DNA from: an uncultured Gammaproteobacteria bacterium
GTDB lineage: Bacteria; Pseudomonadota; Gammaproteobacteria; Methylococcales; Methylomonadaceae
Length of the DNA: 64,000 bases
Assembly (NCBI GenBank): GCA_963849195.1
Contig: CAWKGQ010000020.1
Span: 36,811 to 100,810, forward strand
Reading direction: 5' to 3'
Shown here: positions 11,293-20,073 of the stretch, one piece after another
How positions within the stretch are numbered: position 1 is the stretch's first letter
How the letters are laid out: each line of letters opens with the position of its first letter
Made by a program: the position numbers and the translations under genes
Notes under the pieces: generated by a model
Databases searched by the model: none
Told to the model about the DNA's origin: nothing
The model's input: the letters and a program-made list of their open reading frames with translations, nothing else

Positions 11293-11365
11293 GAGTTTCC
11301 AAATTTATTGCCATGGTTTTTCACGTTATCAGTTAATTATCACGCCGATTGGCGCTTGTCTGCAA

Positions 11366-11383
11366 TACCCCCATCTGGGGGGA
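11366..11383. promoter_or_regulatory. candidate NarL-family operator (inverted repeat)
   Basis: TACCCCCA-TC-TGGGGGGA between the divergent response regulator and protease genes. Confidence 0.45.
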
Positions 11384-11445
11384 TTGAGATTAAAAAAAAT
11401 CAGTGTTTTACTTAACAAAATCTTAATCAAAATGCCGGAGAAAAA

Positions 11446-12285
11446 ATGAAAGTAATCAGATTAAAGCCACTTTTCTGTGGATTGATAGTCGCAGCAACTT
11501 TAGCGCCAGTACCCGCACTTTCTTATGTGTTGCTGGCAAACGGAGATCAAACGCTATCAAATCCCCAAAAATGGGGACCACACACATGGGGTACCGGAGC
11601 GACTATTAGCTGGAGTTTTATGACTGACGGTGTTACTTCTAACATAAGCGGCTATAACGGGCCCAATACCCTTAGTACATTCAGAACAAATATCGATAAT
11701 GTTTACGGTAATGGCGCTTTCAATAATGCCGTCACCAATGCTTTCGCAACCTGGTCAGCGGCAGCGAATTTAACCTTTGTGCAAACAACCGATTCTGGCG
11801 GCAACTTTGGTGGATCAATCACGCCCGATATTCGAATTGGCGCGTTTGAATTTTCTGATCCCTGTTGTGGCGGTGCTGGTTACGGTCCTCCCGGAGATAG
11901 TGCATTCCCGGATGCCCTGGCTGGGGATTTGGCGTTGAACAGCCTGGCAAGTTTCCAAATTTATCCCTACGCAGAAGGCGAACCTTACCAGGTGACTGAC
12001 TTCGCCAATGACTTGCAAGGCTTACTTGTTCATGAAATCGGACATACGCTGGGTTTGGGGCATCCCGAGGATGATGGTCTCCTGGGAAATGAAAATAACG
12101 CCATCATGTGCGTACTTACAACTTGCGATGCCTGGATCAATCTCCGCAGAGAATTGGGGAGCGACGATATTGCCGCTATTCAGTATGTCTATGGCTCGCC
12201 TGTTCCATTGCCTGCTTCTTTCTGGCTTTTAGGCTCGGGGCTTATATTCATCATCAGGAAACGGTCTAAAAATTACCCGGTGTAA
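11446..12285 (+). CDS. matrixin-like (M10) zinc metalloprotease with VPLPA-CTERM (PEP-CTERM) sorting signal
   Basis: Signal peptide, HEIGHTLGLGH zinc motif, Met-turn (AIM), DDIAAIQYVYG, then VPLPASFWLLGSGLIFIIRKR. Confidence 0.9.
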   Translation: MKVIRLKPLFCGLIVAATLAPVPALSYVLLANGDQTLSNPQKWGPHTWGTGATISWSFMTDGVTSNISGYNGPNTLSTFRTNIDNVYGNGAFNNAVTNAFATWSAAANLTFVQTTDSGGNFGGSITPDIRIGAFEFSDPCCGGAGYGPPGDSAFPDALAGDLALNSLASFQIYPYAEGEPYQVTDFANDLQGLLVHEIGHTLGLGHPEDDGLLGNENNAIMCVLTTCDAWINLRRELGSDDIAAIQYVYGSPVPLPASFWLLGSGLIFIIRKRSKNYPV

Positions 12286-12497
12286 CGGCAGATTTTATTT
12301 GGAATTGCCCCGTAATTTGATACAGCCTGGAGGAACTGAAGTTTTGAATGCTCAATTTGTTTATCCTGCCGGCACACAGTTCAGATACGATACCCGAATA
12401 TTTGGAAAAGTGGCCAAATAGATGATTGTATAAATAACCCCTTTCCTCTACCTGTATCAGTTATTCACATTCCAACTGACAATCAGGACTCAAGATA

Positions 12498-13556
12498 ATG
12501 CAGAACATTCTTGTTTGCCAGCCCAGCGATTTAACAATCGACTGGGCTCAACGATTAGTTAACAAGCATCATGCTCATATAGTCGTTTCTAATGTGGACG
12601 TTGTTTCTGACGATATTGGGACGACAACGCGTATACGTATCAAAGTAGAACACAGTGAACCCGCTATTTTGCCTGGACAGTGATTTATAAAGCTGCCATC
12701 GATGGCTTGTTAATCACCGCTTTACCAAGGCTGCTACATACGGAGGTACGTTTCTATAATGAAGTTGCCCGGTCGGTATTGGTCACCATACCTAATTTCC
12801 TGGCAGCACAAAGCCAGCTTGGCAGGGGCGCGACACTGGTTCTTACCGATATGACAGAATTGGGAACTATTCTCGGCAGTCCGGAAGATGCTTTGACATT
12901 TCCTCAAGCTGCCCTGGTTGTCGAACAACTTGCCAACTTCCATGCCCGTTTTTGGAATAAAGAGCATCTTAACCATACCTATCCCTGGTTGGCCGGCCCG
13001 GTTCGTCGCCTGGAAGATTTTTTAGGCTCAGCAATGGCAGTTCCGTTGATGAAACGAGGACTGCATCGGGCTGGAGAACTAATCCCCTCGACGCTTCATG
13101 CTCAGGCTATCCATTATAGCCCGTCATCGCCGGCAAGCGATGCGTTTTCTTACGCAAGGTCCTCAAACACTCGTTAATCATGATTGTCATCCCGGCAATC
13201 TATTCTGGAACAAGTCTCAACCTGGCCTTCTCGATTAGCAACTGATCCGTTTTGGCGAGGGAATAAGCGATATTGCTTACTTTCTCTCCACCGCCCTCAA
13301 CCCTGAGACCCGTCGGCTTCATAAAGTAAGCCTTATTAAAATTTATGCTCAATGTTTAGAAGATAATGGCGTCACAGGCATTAATGTCAACATACTGCTG
13401 CAAAGATATCGAGCTCACCTCATCTATCCCTTTGAAGCAATGATCGTAACACTCGCGGTCGGAGGCATGATGACTCTGGAAAGCAACCATGAACTCATAC
13501 GCCGGACCGCTGCCGCAGTAGAGGACCTTGAGGCATTTTCTGCCATACCTGTATAA
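12498..13556 (+). pseudogene. APH/ecdysteroid-kinase-like phosphotransferase, multiply disrupted
   Basis: EVRFY, LANFHARFW, HDCHPGN, D*Q and DIAYF motifs are split by stops (12681, 13236) and frameshifts. Confidence 0.82.
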
Positions 13557-13729
13557 CTCAAGGTTCGGGGCGAAAGGCATAAACCTCTAAACTTATTTAA
13601 CACCCCCCTATTTGTCTTACCCTTGAACCTGCTGTAAAACATAGTTTTCACAACCCTTTCTCAATCCCTGTCCACTTGTAATACAATAGTGCGGTTTGCG
13701 CCTATTTAAGCATTAACAAGCAAAAAACA

Positions 13730-13912
13730 TTCTGATTAGCAAGATACTTCAGTTACTTGCAGAAATCGTCATACCGGCAGGGATTGCCGGTATCCAGGTT
13801 ACAGGGATGTAATCTCAATACGCCATCCTGGACTTCTAGATTCCGGCAATCCCTGCGGAACGACATTGTCATTAGGTGTTGCGCATTGGCTACAGATTCT
13901 TACTAATCAGGA
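13730..13912. repeat. nested palindromic element (MITE-like)
   Basis: Outer IR CTGATTAG(C/T)AAGA at about 13732-13744 and 13898-13910. Inner element CGTCATACCGGCAGGGATTGCCGGTATCCAG...CTAGATTCCGGCAATCCCTGCGGAACGAC at 13767-13864. Confidence 0.7.
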
Positions 13913-14000
13913 ATACATTACTGATGTTTCAACGTTATAAGCCTAGAGGAGGCCGTTGAAATGAGCAGAATTTAATAATTATAAGAGAGGAAGAAGTTTT

Positions 14001-14756
14001 ATGTGTTGGAGTGGTGAAGCGTCGGGGGTATTAGCCATCGTAGGTCTTAGTACCGCAGCGTATCTTGCGATTAAAAAAGGCGAATCCAAAGAGCTTTGGA
14101 TTCCGTTAACCTATTTTGCCTTAATGGAATTACTACAGGCGGTAACTTACATCTATATTGATTTATGTGATAACCCGAGTAATCAGATACTCACGCTGCT
14201 TGGCTATATACATGTCGCGTTTCAGCCATTTTTTGTCAACATGGTCGCAATGTACTTTATACCGGTCAGCGTCAAATTAAAAATCCGCACAACCGTTTAT
14301 ACGATTTGCGCAATAGGTTCGATTGCCATGTTGATCAAAATGTACCCTTTTGGCTGGGCGGGGGCGTGTCACATTGGCGTGGAAGGTTTTTGCGGCCCCA
14401 GTGTTTGTTCAACTTCCGGTTCGTGGCATATCGCGTGGCAAATGCCGTTAAATGGTCTTATGTCGGATCCGGTTAAATGGCTGGGTGGTTTCGACTGGGG
14501 CTTGCATGCGTTTACCTATATTGCGGTCGCTTTTTATATGCCGTTTATTTATGGTTCATATCGTTTCGTTGGCTTTCATTATCTGATTGGGCCGCTTATT
14601 TCAGATATTACCACGACGGATCCTAATGAATATGCAGCAGTCTGGTGTCTGTTTTCTATCGCGTTGTGTATATCAGTCATTAAAACTCCCATCAGAAAGT
14701 ATCTGCACGTTAAAAAGTGGCCTTTTTATAAACCTGAAATTGGCGATTCGCTTTAG
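14001..14756 (+). CDS. integral membrane protein, DUF5765-like
   Basis: Begins MCWSGEAS; YFALMELLQ, HVAFQPFF, HIAW and AAVWCLFSI motifs; strong RBS. Confidence 0.75.
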   Translation: MCWSGEASGVLAIVGLSTAAYLAIKKGESKELWIPLTYFALMELLQAVTYIYIDLCDNPSNQILTLLGYIHVAFQPFFVNMVAMYFIPVSVKLKIRTTVYTICAIGSIAMLIKMYPFGWAGACHIGVEGFCGPSVCSTSGSWHIAWQMPLNGLMSDPVKWLGGFDWGLHAFTYIAVAFYMPFIYGSYRFVGFHYLIGPLISDITTTDPNEYAAVWCLFSIALCISVIKTPIRKYLHVKKWPFYKPEIGDSL

Positions 14757-14780
14757 GGACAATAACTAAATGACCTGATT

Positions 14781-14807
14781 GTGGGGGCGGCTAAAGCCGC
14801 TCCCACA
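14781..14807. repeat. collapsed REP copy
   Basis: GTGGGGGCGGCTAAAGCCGCTCCCAC; same family as 8699-8745, lying between convergent genes. Confidence 0.7.
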
Positions 14808-14854
14808 ATCCTTCCCCATAGATTTCAGCAGCCGTGTCCGAATGTTGTTACTGC

Positions 14855-15940
14855 TCAACCCATAACAACCGCTTTTCGTTTTGCTCCCCAGTTCCCCGGC
14901 TTTGCATTGAATACACCAGCACAACGTTCACCACAAAATTTGCAACATCCTGACTCATCCAGATTCCATTCCGACAGCTCATACCAGTCACGGCCTATCA
15001 ACAGCTTACCGCAGCCATGACAATAGGTACTATCAGCAGACTTGTCATGAACATTGCCCACATAGGCATAATGCACACCATTTTTTAAAGCAATTTGCCG
15101 CGCCTGCAATAACGATGAAATCGGCGTAGGCGGCTTGTCGAGCATCTTCCAGTCAGGGTGAAATGCCGAAAAGTGCATTGGCACATCCGGCCCCAGATTC
15201 TCGACTACCCATTGGGTCATGGCTTCCAGTTCCGCTTCCGTATCATTTTCGCCGGGAATAATTAAAGTTGTCAGCTCCAGCCAGACCGATGTTTCATGCT
15301 TGATATATTTCAGTGTTTCCAACACAGGTTCCAGATGCCCGCCGGTAATCTGATGATAAAATCGCTCGGTAAAGGCTTTTAAATCGATGTTGGCGGCATC
15401 CATCCATTGATAAAATTCAGCTCTGGGTTCCGCGCAGACATAACCCGCAGAAACCGCCACCGATTTTATGCCGAGACTTCGACAAGCCTGAGCGGTATCA
15501 ACCGCATATTCATGAAAAACAACCGGATCATTATAGGTATAGGCAACACTGTCACATCCATAATCCTTCGCCGCCTTGGCGATAGCTTCGGGTGATGCCT
15601 TGCTCATCAGCGTATCCATTTCCCGCGATTTGCTGATATCCCAATTCTGGCAAAACTTGCAGGCGAGATTACAACCCGCTGTACCGAAAGAGAACACCGG
15701 CGTGCCGGGTAAAAAATGGTTCAGTGGTTTCTTTTCAATAGGATCAATAGCAAAGCCGCTGGAGCGGCCATAGCTGGTCATGACAATCTGATTGTCCAGA
15801 TTCTGCCTGACGAAGCACAGACCGCGCTGGCCTTCGTGCAGCTTGCAAAATCTCGGGCACACATCACATTGAATACGTCCGTCATCCAATTTATGCCAAT
15901 AGCGGGTTTTCACCGTGTCATGGCTAATAAAATCAGTCAT
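14855..15940 (-). CDS. amrS: AmmeMemoRadiSam system radical SAM enzyme
   Basis: N-terminal CDVCPRFC..GLC, DPIEKKPLNHFLPG, CNLACKFC (CxxxCxxC), C-terminal CHGC. Confidence 0.93.
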   Translation of the reverse strand: MTDFISHDTVKTRYWHKLDDGRIQCDVCPRFCKLHEGQRGLCFVRQNLDNQIVMTSYGRSSGFAIDPIEKKPLNHFLPGTPVFSFGTAGCNLACKFCQNWDISKSREMDTLMSKASPEAIAKAAKDYGCDSVAYTYNDPVVFHEYAVDTAQACRSLGIKSVAVSAGYVCAEPRAEFYQWMDAANIDLKAFTERFYHQITGGHLEPVLETLKYIKHETSVWLELTTLIIPGENDTEAELEAMTQWVVENLGPDVPMHFSAFHPDWKMLDKPPTPISSLLQARQIALKNGVHYAYVGNVHDKSADSTYCHGCGKLLIGRDWYELSEWNLDESGCCKFCGERCAGVFNAKPGNWGAKRKAVVMG

Positions 15941-16067
15941 TGCCTTTCTCCTGGAACCGTTAATAGATCATCTTGTCGTAAATAAGTGTCAGCATTTAAT
16001 GTTTTTGATTTAAATGACTTGCAAAGATTTCCATGAATCTTTTACCGGAACACAAGAGGATTACCTT

Positions 16068-16847
16068 ATGAACAGACAACCCGCCGTAGCAGGCACATTT
16101 TACCCTGCAAATCGGCAACAACTGCATCAAATGCTGGACGAATACTTAAATGATGCTGAAACGAGTGCGAAAGTTCCCAAAGCCATCATCGCGCCTCATG
16201 CCGGCTATATTTATTCAGGCCCTGTTGCCGCAAGCGCTTATGCGCGATTAAAAAAAGCCCATGACCGTATTACCCGCGTTGTCATCATCGGCCCATCCCA
16301 TCGTGTTGCTTTCAAAGGGTTGGCCGTGAGCAAAGCGCAATCATTCATCACCCCTTTAGGACTTATCACAGTCGACCAGGAAGCCGTAGAGGCTATAGCC
16401 AAGCTACCCTTTGTCGATTACCTTGAACAGGCGCACACCTATGAACATAGTCTGGAAGTCCATTTGCCTTTTTTACAGGAAATGCTGGATGACTTCAAAA
16501 TTGTCCCCATTGTCGCGGGCGACGCATCGCCGGAACAAGTCAGCCAGGTTATCGATGCTCTGTGGGGTGGTAATGAAACCTTGATTGTTATCAGTTCTGA
16601 CTTGAGCCATTATCACGATTATGCAACCGCAAAACAGCTCGATAAAGCAACCAGCGCGATAATAGAACACCTGGAATATGAACGGCTCGCCTTTGACTCC
16701 GCTTGCGGCAAAGTTCCGGTCAGCGGATTATTAAAGCTGGCGCGGGAAAAATCACTAACAATTAAAACAATCGATCTGCGAAACTCCGGGGATACTGCTG
16801 GAGATAAAAGCAGAGTTGTGGGATATGGCGCTTATGTCATTGAATAA
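16068..16847 (+). CDS. amrB: AmmeMemoRadiSam system protein B (Memo-like)
   Basis: RQPAVAGTFYP, PHAGYIYSG, GPSH, EHSLEV, SSDLSHY, VVGY; RBS before the ATG at 16068. Confidence 0.93.
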   Translation: MNRQPAVAGTFYPANRQQLHQMLDEYLNDAETSAKVPKAIIAPHAGYIYSGPVAASAYARLKKAHDRITRVVIIGPSHRVAFKGLAVSKAQSFITPLGLITVDQEAVEAIAKLPFVDYLEQAHTYEHSLEVHLPFLQEMLDDFKIVPIVAGDASPEQVSQVIDALWGGNETLIVISSDLSHYHDYATAKQLDKATSAIIEHLEYERLAFDSACGKVPVSGLLKLAREKSLTIKTIDLRNSGDTAGDKSRVVGYGAYVIE

Positions 16848-17391
16848 AGAACAGCAACAACGATTGCTGGATTTAGCAAAAAGCTCCATTCAGCATGGTT
16901 TGCAAACGGGCCGACCATTAAAAATTAATCTAGCCGATTTTCCAGTCGAATTGACAGAGCTTCGTGCAACTTTTGTTACCCTGCAGAAACACCATCAACT
17001 GCGCGGCTGTATTGGTATGTTGGAAGCAATCAGACCGCTGGCCGAAGATATTGCCGAAAACGCTTTTTTAGCGGCCTTCAGAGACCCGCGTTTTCCGCCA
17101 TTGGCAAACGGTGAATTCGGTGAACTGGAAATTCACCTGTCCATACTCACACCTGCTAAACCTGTTTCATTTACCTCAGAACAAGATTTAATAACCCAGC
17201 TACAACCCGGCATAGACGGCTTAATATTGGAAGAAGGTCATAAACGCGGAACCTTTTTGCCCTCGGTATGGGAGCAATTGCCTGAACCTGAACAATTTCT
17301 ACGGCATTTAAAACAAAAAGCAGGGTTAGCTCCCGATTACTGGTCTGAAAAGATCAAGATTTATCGTTATCAGACTGAAATGATAGGTTGA
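16834..17391 (+). CDS. amrA: AmmeMemoRadiSam system protein A (AMMECR1-like)
   Basis: ATFVTL..LRGCIG, AAFRDPRF, TFLPSVWEQ, LKQKAG. Confidence 0.93.
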   Translation: MSLNKEQQQRLLDLAKSSIQHGLQTGRPLKINLADFPVELTELRATFVTLQKHHQLRGCIGMLEAIRPLAEDIAENAFLAAFRDPRFPPLANGEFGELEIHLSILTPAKPVSFTSEQDLITQLQPGIDGLILEEGHKRGTFLPSVWEQLPEPEQFLRHLKQKAGLAPDYWSEKIKIYRYQTEMIG

Positions 17392-17649
17392 GTAGCAACC
17401 GGTTCCTGTTTCTTTTTGGGCTGTCAAGAAGAAAAATGAGACTTGTATATTGGACTAGGACTATGGTAACTTTCCTCGTAGCAGCTCATTTGTTAATATT
17501 TCTAGACTCTTGAAATTCCTGCTTTATTACCATTCGAGCCAGGTTATTTTTCTTTTTTGCCTGTTCAAGCCATAAGTTGAATCATTTGAACAGGCCTTTT
17601 ACTAGTAGCTCGGTTACTTTAGCTTTAAAACTGAAGTGGAAAAATTAAG

Positions 17650-18165
17650 ATGACAAAATACCGTATATTTTTGTTGAGTTTTCTTACTGTTTCATGGGTT
17701 TTTCTAAGCGGCCTTAACAAGCCAGTTGATAATGATATGTCAACCATGGAAAAACAGAAAACAGCTGTTGGACTTGGGCCATTCGAAACCGAACACACCC
17801 GCAAACTGCAGGAAACAACACAGCTGAAAGCAAAAAGCAGTGTTAAGTCCGTCAAAGCAAACCCGCAAACAACAATCAAAGCAACAGATACCGGTGTTGC
17901 CGATGAAAATAATCCCATTGAACGTAACGAGTTTGAAAAACCTCTGGATCTTTCTGTTCCGTTTAAAGACACTGAAAACGCTGACCTGAAAATTGAGAGG
18001 AAATCGACTGCGCAAAGCCGGGCGACTAATATTTTTGCCCCCGAAACTAATAAAAAGTCTCGACCGTTAGAATTGGATAGCGGCTTTTTGATGTCTCCGG
18101 AACCGGAAGTGGAAAAACAAAAATCCGTGGATGGAGCGGGAATTGTTATCAAGCTTAAACGCTGA
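17650..18165 (+). CDS. hypothetical protein with N-terminal signal/anchor
   Basis: 171-aa ORF with a hydrophobic N-terminus, low-complexity middle and a beta-strand-like C-terminus. Confidence 0.6.
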   Translation: MTKYRIFLLSFLTVSWVFLSGLNKPVDNDMSTMEKQKTAVGLGPFETEHTRKLQETTQLKAKSSVKSVKANPQTTIKATDTGVADENNPIERNEFEKPLDLSVPFKDTENADLKIERKSTAQSRATNIFAPETNKKSRPLELDSGFLMSPEPEVEKQKSVDGAGIVIKLKR

Positions 18166-18219
18166 TAGCCACACGTATCGTGTTCATACCCGGCAAGTTG
18201 GCAATAGTAGTGTTTATTC

Positions 18220-18648
18220 TCAATTCAGCCATTCAATAATATGGTCTTCCAGATTCATCGCAGCCGATTCTTTTATGGCATAGCTACTGATTGAAACGCC
18301 CGCTCTTTTGACACTCACGGTACTTCCCGATACCAAGGGATGCCATGCGGGGAGTTCTTTACCATCATTCAGCAAACGGTAAGCACAAGTTGAAGGCAAC
18401 CAACTGTATTGTGCAAAGTCAAACCGTTTTAAATCCAGACATTCCGCCACTAATCGAGTGCGTTCGGTATAACGGTTACATCGACAGGTATTCAGATTGA
18501 TGAGCCTACAAGCGACGTTGGTAAAAACTATTTTCCCCGTATCCTCGTCCTCCAGCTTGTGCAGACAACATTTGCCACAGCTATCACACAATGATTCCCA
18601 TTCCTCGGTAGTCATTTCAGTCAGTTTTTTATTTTTCCAAAAGCTCAT
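18220..18648 (-). CDS. ycgN: YcgN (UPF0260) cysteine-cluster protein
   Basis: FW..K.L.EM..EEWESLCDSCGKCCLHKLED, WLPSTCAYR, WHPLVSG. Confidence 0.9.
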   Translation of the reverse strand: MSFWKNKKLTEMTTEEWESLCDSCGKCCLHKLEDEDTGKIVFTNVACRLINLNTCRCNRYTERTRLVAECLDLKRFDFAQYSWLPSTCAYRLLNDGKELPAWHPLVSGSTVSVKRAGVSISSYAIKESAAMNLEDHIIEWLN

Positions 18649-18708
18649 AGAAGATTTTAATAATTAAAAAATTGGCAAAAGCCGGGTTATGCTAACCTAA
18701 ATCATCCT

Positions 18709-19692
18709 TCAGACATTATCAGCATTTTGCTCTACGCCATTAGCAGCCAGTTGATCCAGAATTTGTCTAAAATGCTCATAACTTTGAATATTTAACACAC
18801 CGACTTCATTTAATACTGCTTGATAATGACCGGCCGCTCTTCCTCCGACAATAAGTGCAACTTTGTTACCGATCAGTTTTTTCAGTCGTCTTAGTTCTTT
18901 CGGCACAACATGATCATCGGTGGCGAAACTGAGGCTAATAGTCAGCGCGCGTGCATTAGTATATTTCACCCCGGCGGCAATTTCTTCAGCAGGCAGATTC
19001 GCACCCAGATAGGTTACCTGCCAACCGCTAAGTTCCGCCATGATAGCGGCGAGTAAAGCGCCTAATTCGTGCAATTGACCAATCGGAGTACTAACAATCA
19101 TCCTGGGTGCATCGGCAGAGCACGGATTATTGTTTCGTAAAATATAAGTCAAAGAACGAATAACCGATGATGTCATGTGCTCATGAACCGGCCTGAGTTC
19201 TCCTGTTTTCCAACGGTCGCCGATCCTGGTTAGCAAGGGCGTCAACAAGTGCTCAATAAATGCTTCGGATCTCAGCTCTACAATCGCGTTTTCAAAATGC
19301 GACTCCAGCGTTTTAGCATCGAAAGCCAACACTGCCGCATAACATTTTTCAATATAATCCTCTGCAAGATGGACCCTGTCGCTGGCTGAAGGAGTAATAC
19401 TATTGAACGTTTGCGTTATTGCGCCGGGTTCATTTTTCAACAGGTTTTTTAGATCATCAAGCGAGAGTTGGGCAATTTGACTGATGCTATGGCCATTGCT
19501 GGTTGCCTGATTGAGTAATTTTAAACGGGCAATATCCTGATCAGTATAAACCCGATGTCCACCCGCCGTACGTGTAGGTGTTACAGCCTGATAGCGACGT
19601 TCCCAAGCTCTGACGAGATCGGATTTAACCCCTGATCTTTTCGAAACCGTGCTAATTAAATATTGCGCTGAGTCATCATTAGGGCCAGTCAT
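18709..19692 (-). CDS. MerR-family regulator with cobalamin-binding domain (CarH/LitR-type photoreceptor)
   Basis: RAWERRY..VTPTRTAGGHRVY MerR HTH, W-x9-EH (WKTGELRPVHEH), HELG and YLGANLP B12-binding motifs. Confidence 0.88.
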   Translation of the reverse strand: MTGPNDDSAQYLISTVSKRSGVKSDLVRAWERRYQAVTPTRTAGGHRVYTDQDIARLKLLNQATSNGHSISQIAQLSLDDLKNLLKNEPGAITQTFNSITPSASDRVHLAEDYIEKCYAAVLAFDAKTLESHFENAIVELRSEAFIEHLLTPLLTRIGDRWKTGELRPVHEHMTSSVIRSLTYILRNNNPCSADAPRMIVSTPIGQLHELGALLAAIMAELSGWQVTYLGANLPAEEIAAGVKYTNARALTISLSFATDDHVVPKELRRLKKLIGNKVALIVGGRAAGHYQAVLNEVGVLNIQSYEHFRQILDQLAANGVEQNADNV

Positions 19693-19722
19693 AGTTGCTT
19701 CTTTGCATCAAATTAAAAGTTC

Positions 19723-19767
19723 TATATTAACATAAAGCTTTACAAAACATTGACAAAAATTGTACCT
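19723..19767. promoter_or_regulatory. candidate CarH-type operator (11-bp-phased TnnACA direct repeats)
   Basis: TTAACA at 19727, TTTACA at 19739, TTGACA at 19750 and TGTACC at 19761, just upstream of the regulator. Confidence 0.6.
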
Positions 19768-19851
19768 GACTAAACCAACAGGACACCGCTCTGAATGTTG
19801 ATTTATCAAAACAAGAGTAAGTTTTCGAACTCCGGCAATAATTTTAATCTT

Positions 19852-19897
19852 GTAAGAGGGGGTTTTAGTTGCAATTGCCGGCGCTAAAGGCCCCTAC
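19852..19897. repeat. degenerate REP doublet
   Basis: GTAAGAGGGGGTTTTAG...GCTAAAGGCCCCTAC; related to 53454-53493, including flanking sequence. Confidence 0.6.
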
Positions 19898-20073
19898 AGA
19901 AAATATCAGAATAATCGCACTGAGGTACGTCAAAGTACATACTGCCAATGTTAACAAATGATTTAGGCATATTGATTCGAATTACCATGATCAACACACG
20001 CTTGCAAAATACGTATAATGTTCGCCAGACAGCTTCCAAGCTATTTTTCGCCTGCACCTTGAGCCTTTTCCTA

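Noticed and set aside
11350-11364. sigma54 promoter TGGCGC...TGCA before the PEP-CTERM protease
   Set aside because: GG-to-GC spacing is 9 nt rather than the required 10.
17625-18152. 175-aa antisense ORF and the many other shadow ORFs in the track (e.g. 1075-1647, 45850-46389)
   Set aside because: They overlap better-supported genes on the opposite strand and lack motifs.
19948-20073. N-terminal extensions of nadE and, similarly, amrB, tetR, rplU and the NlpE lipoprotein
   Set aside because: These are longest-ORF artefacts; family-like sequence begins at the downstream ATGs.
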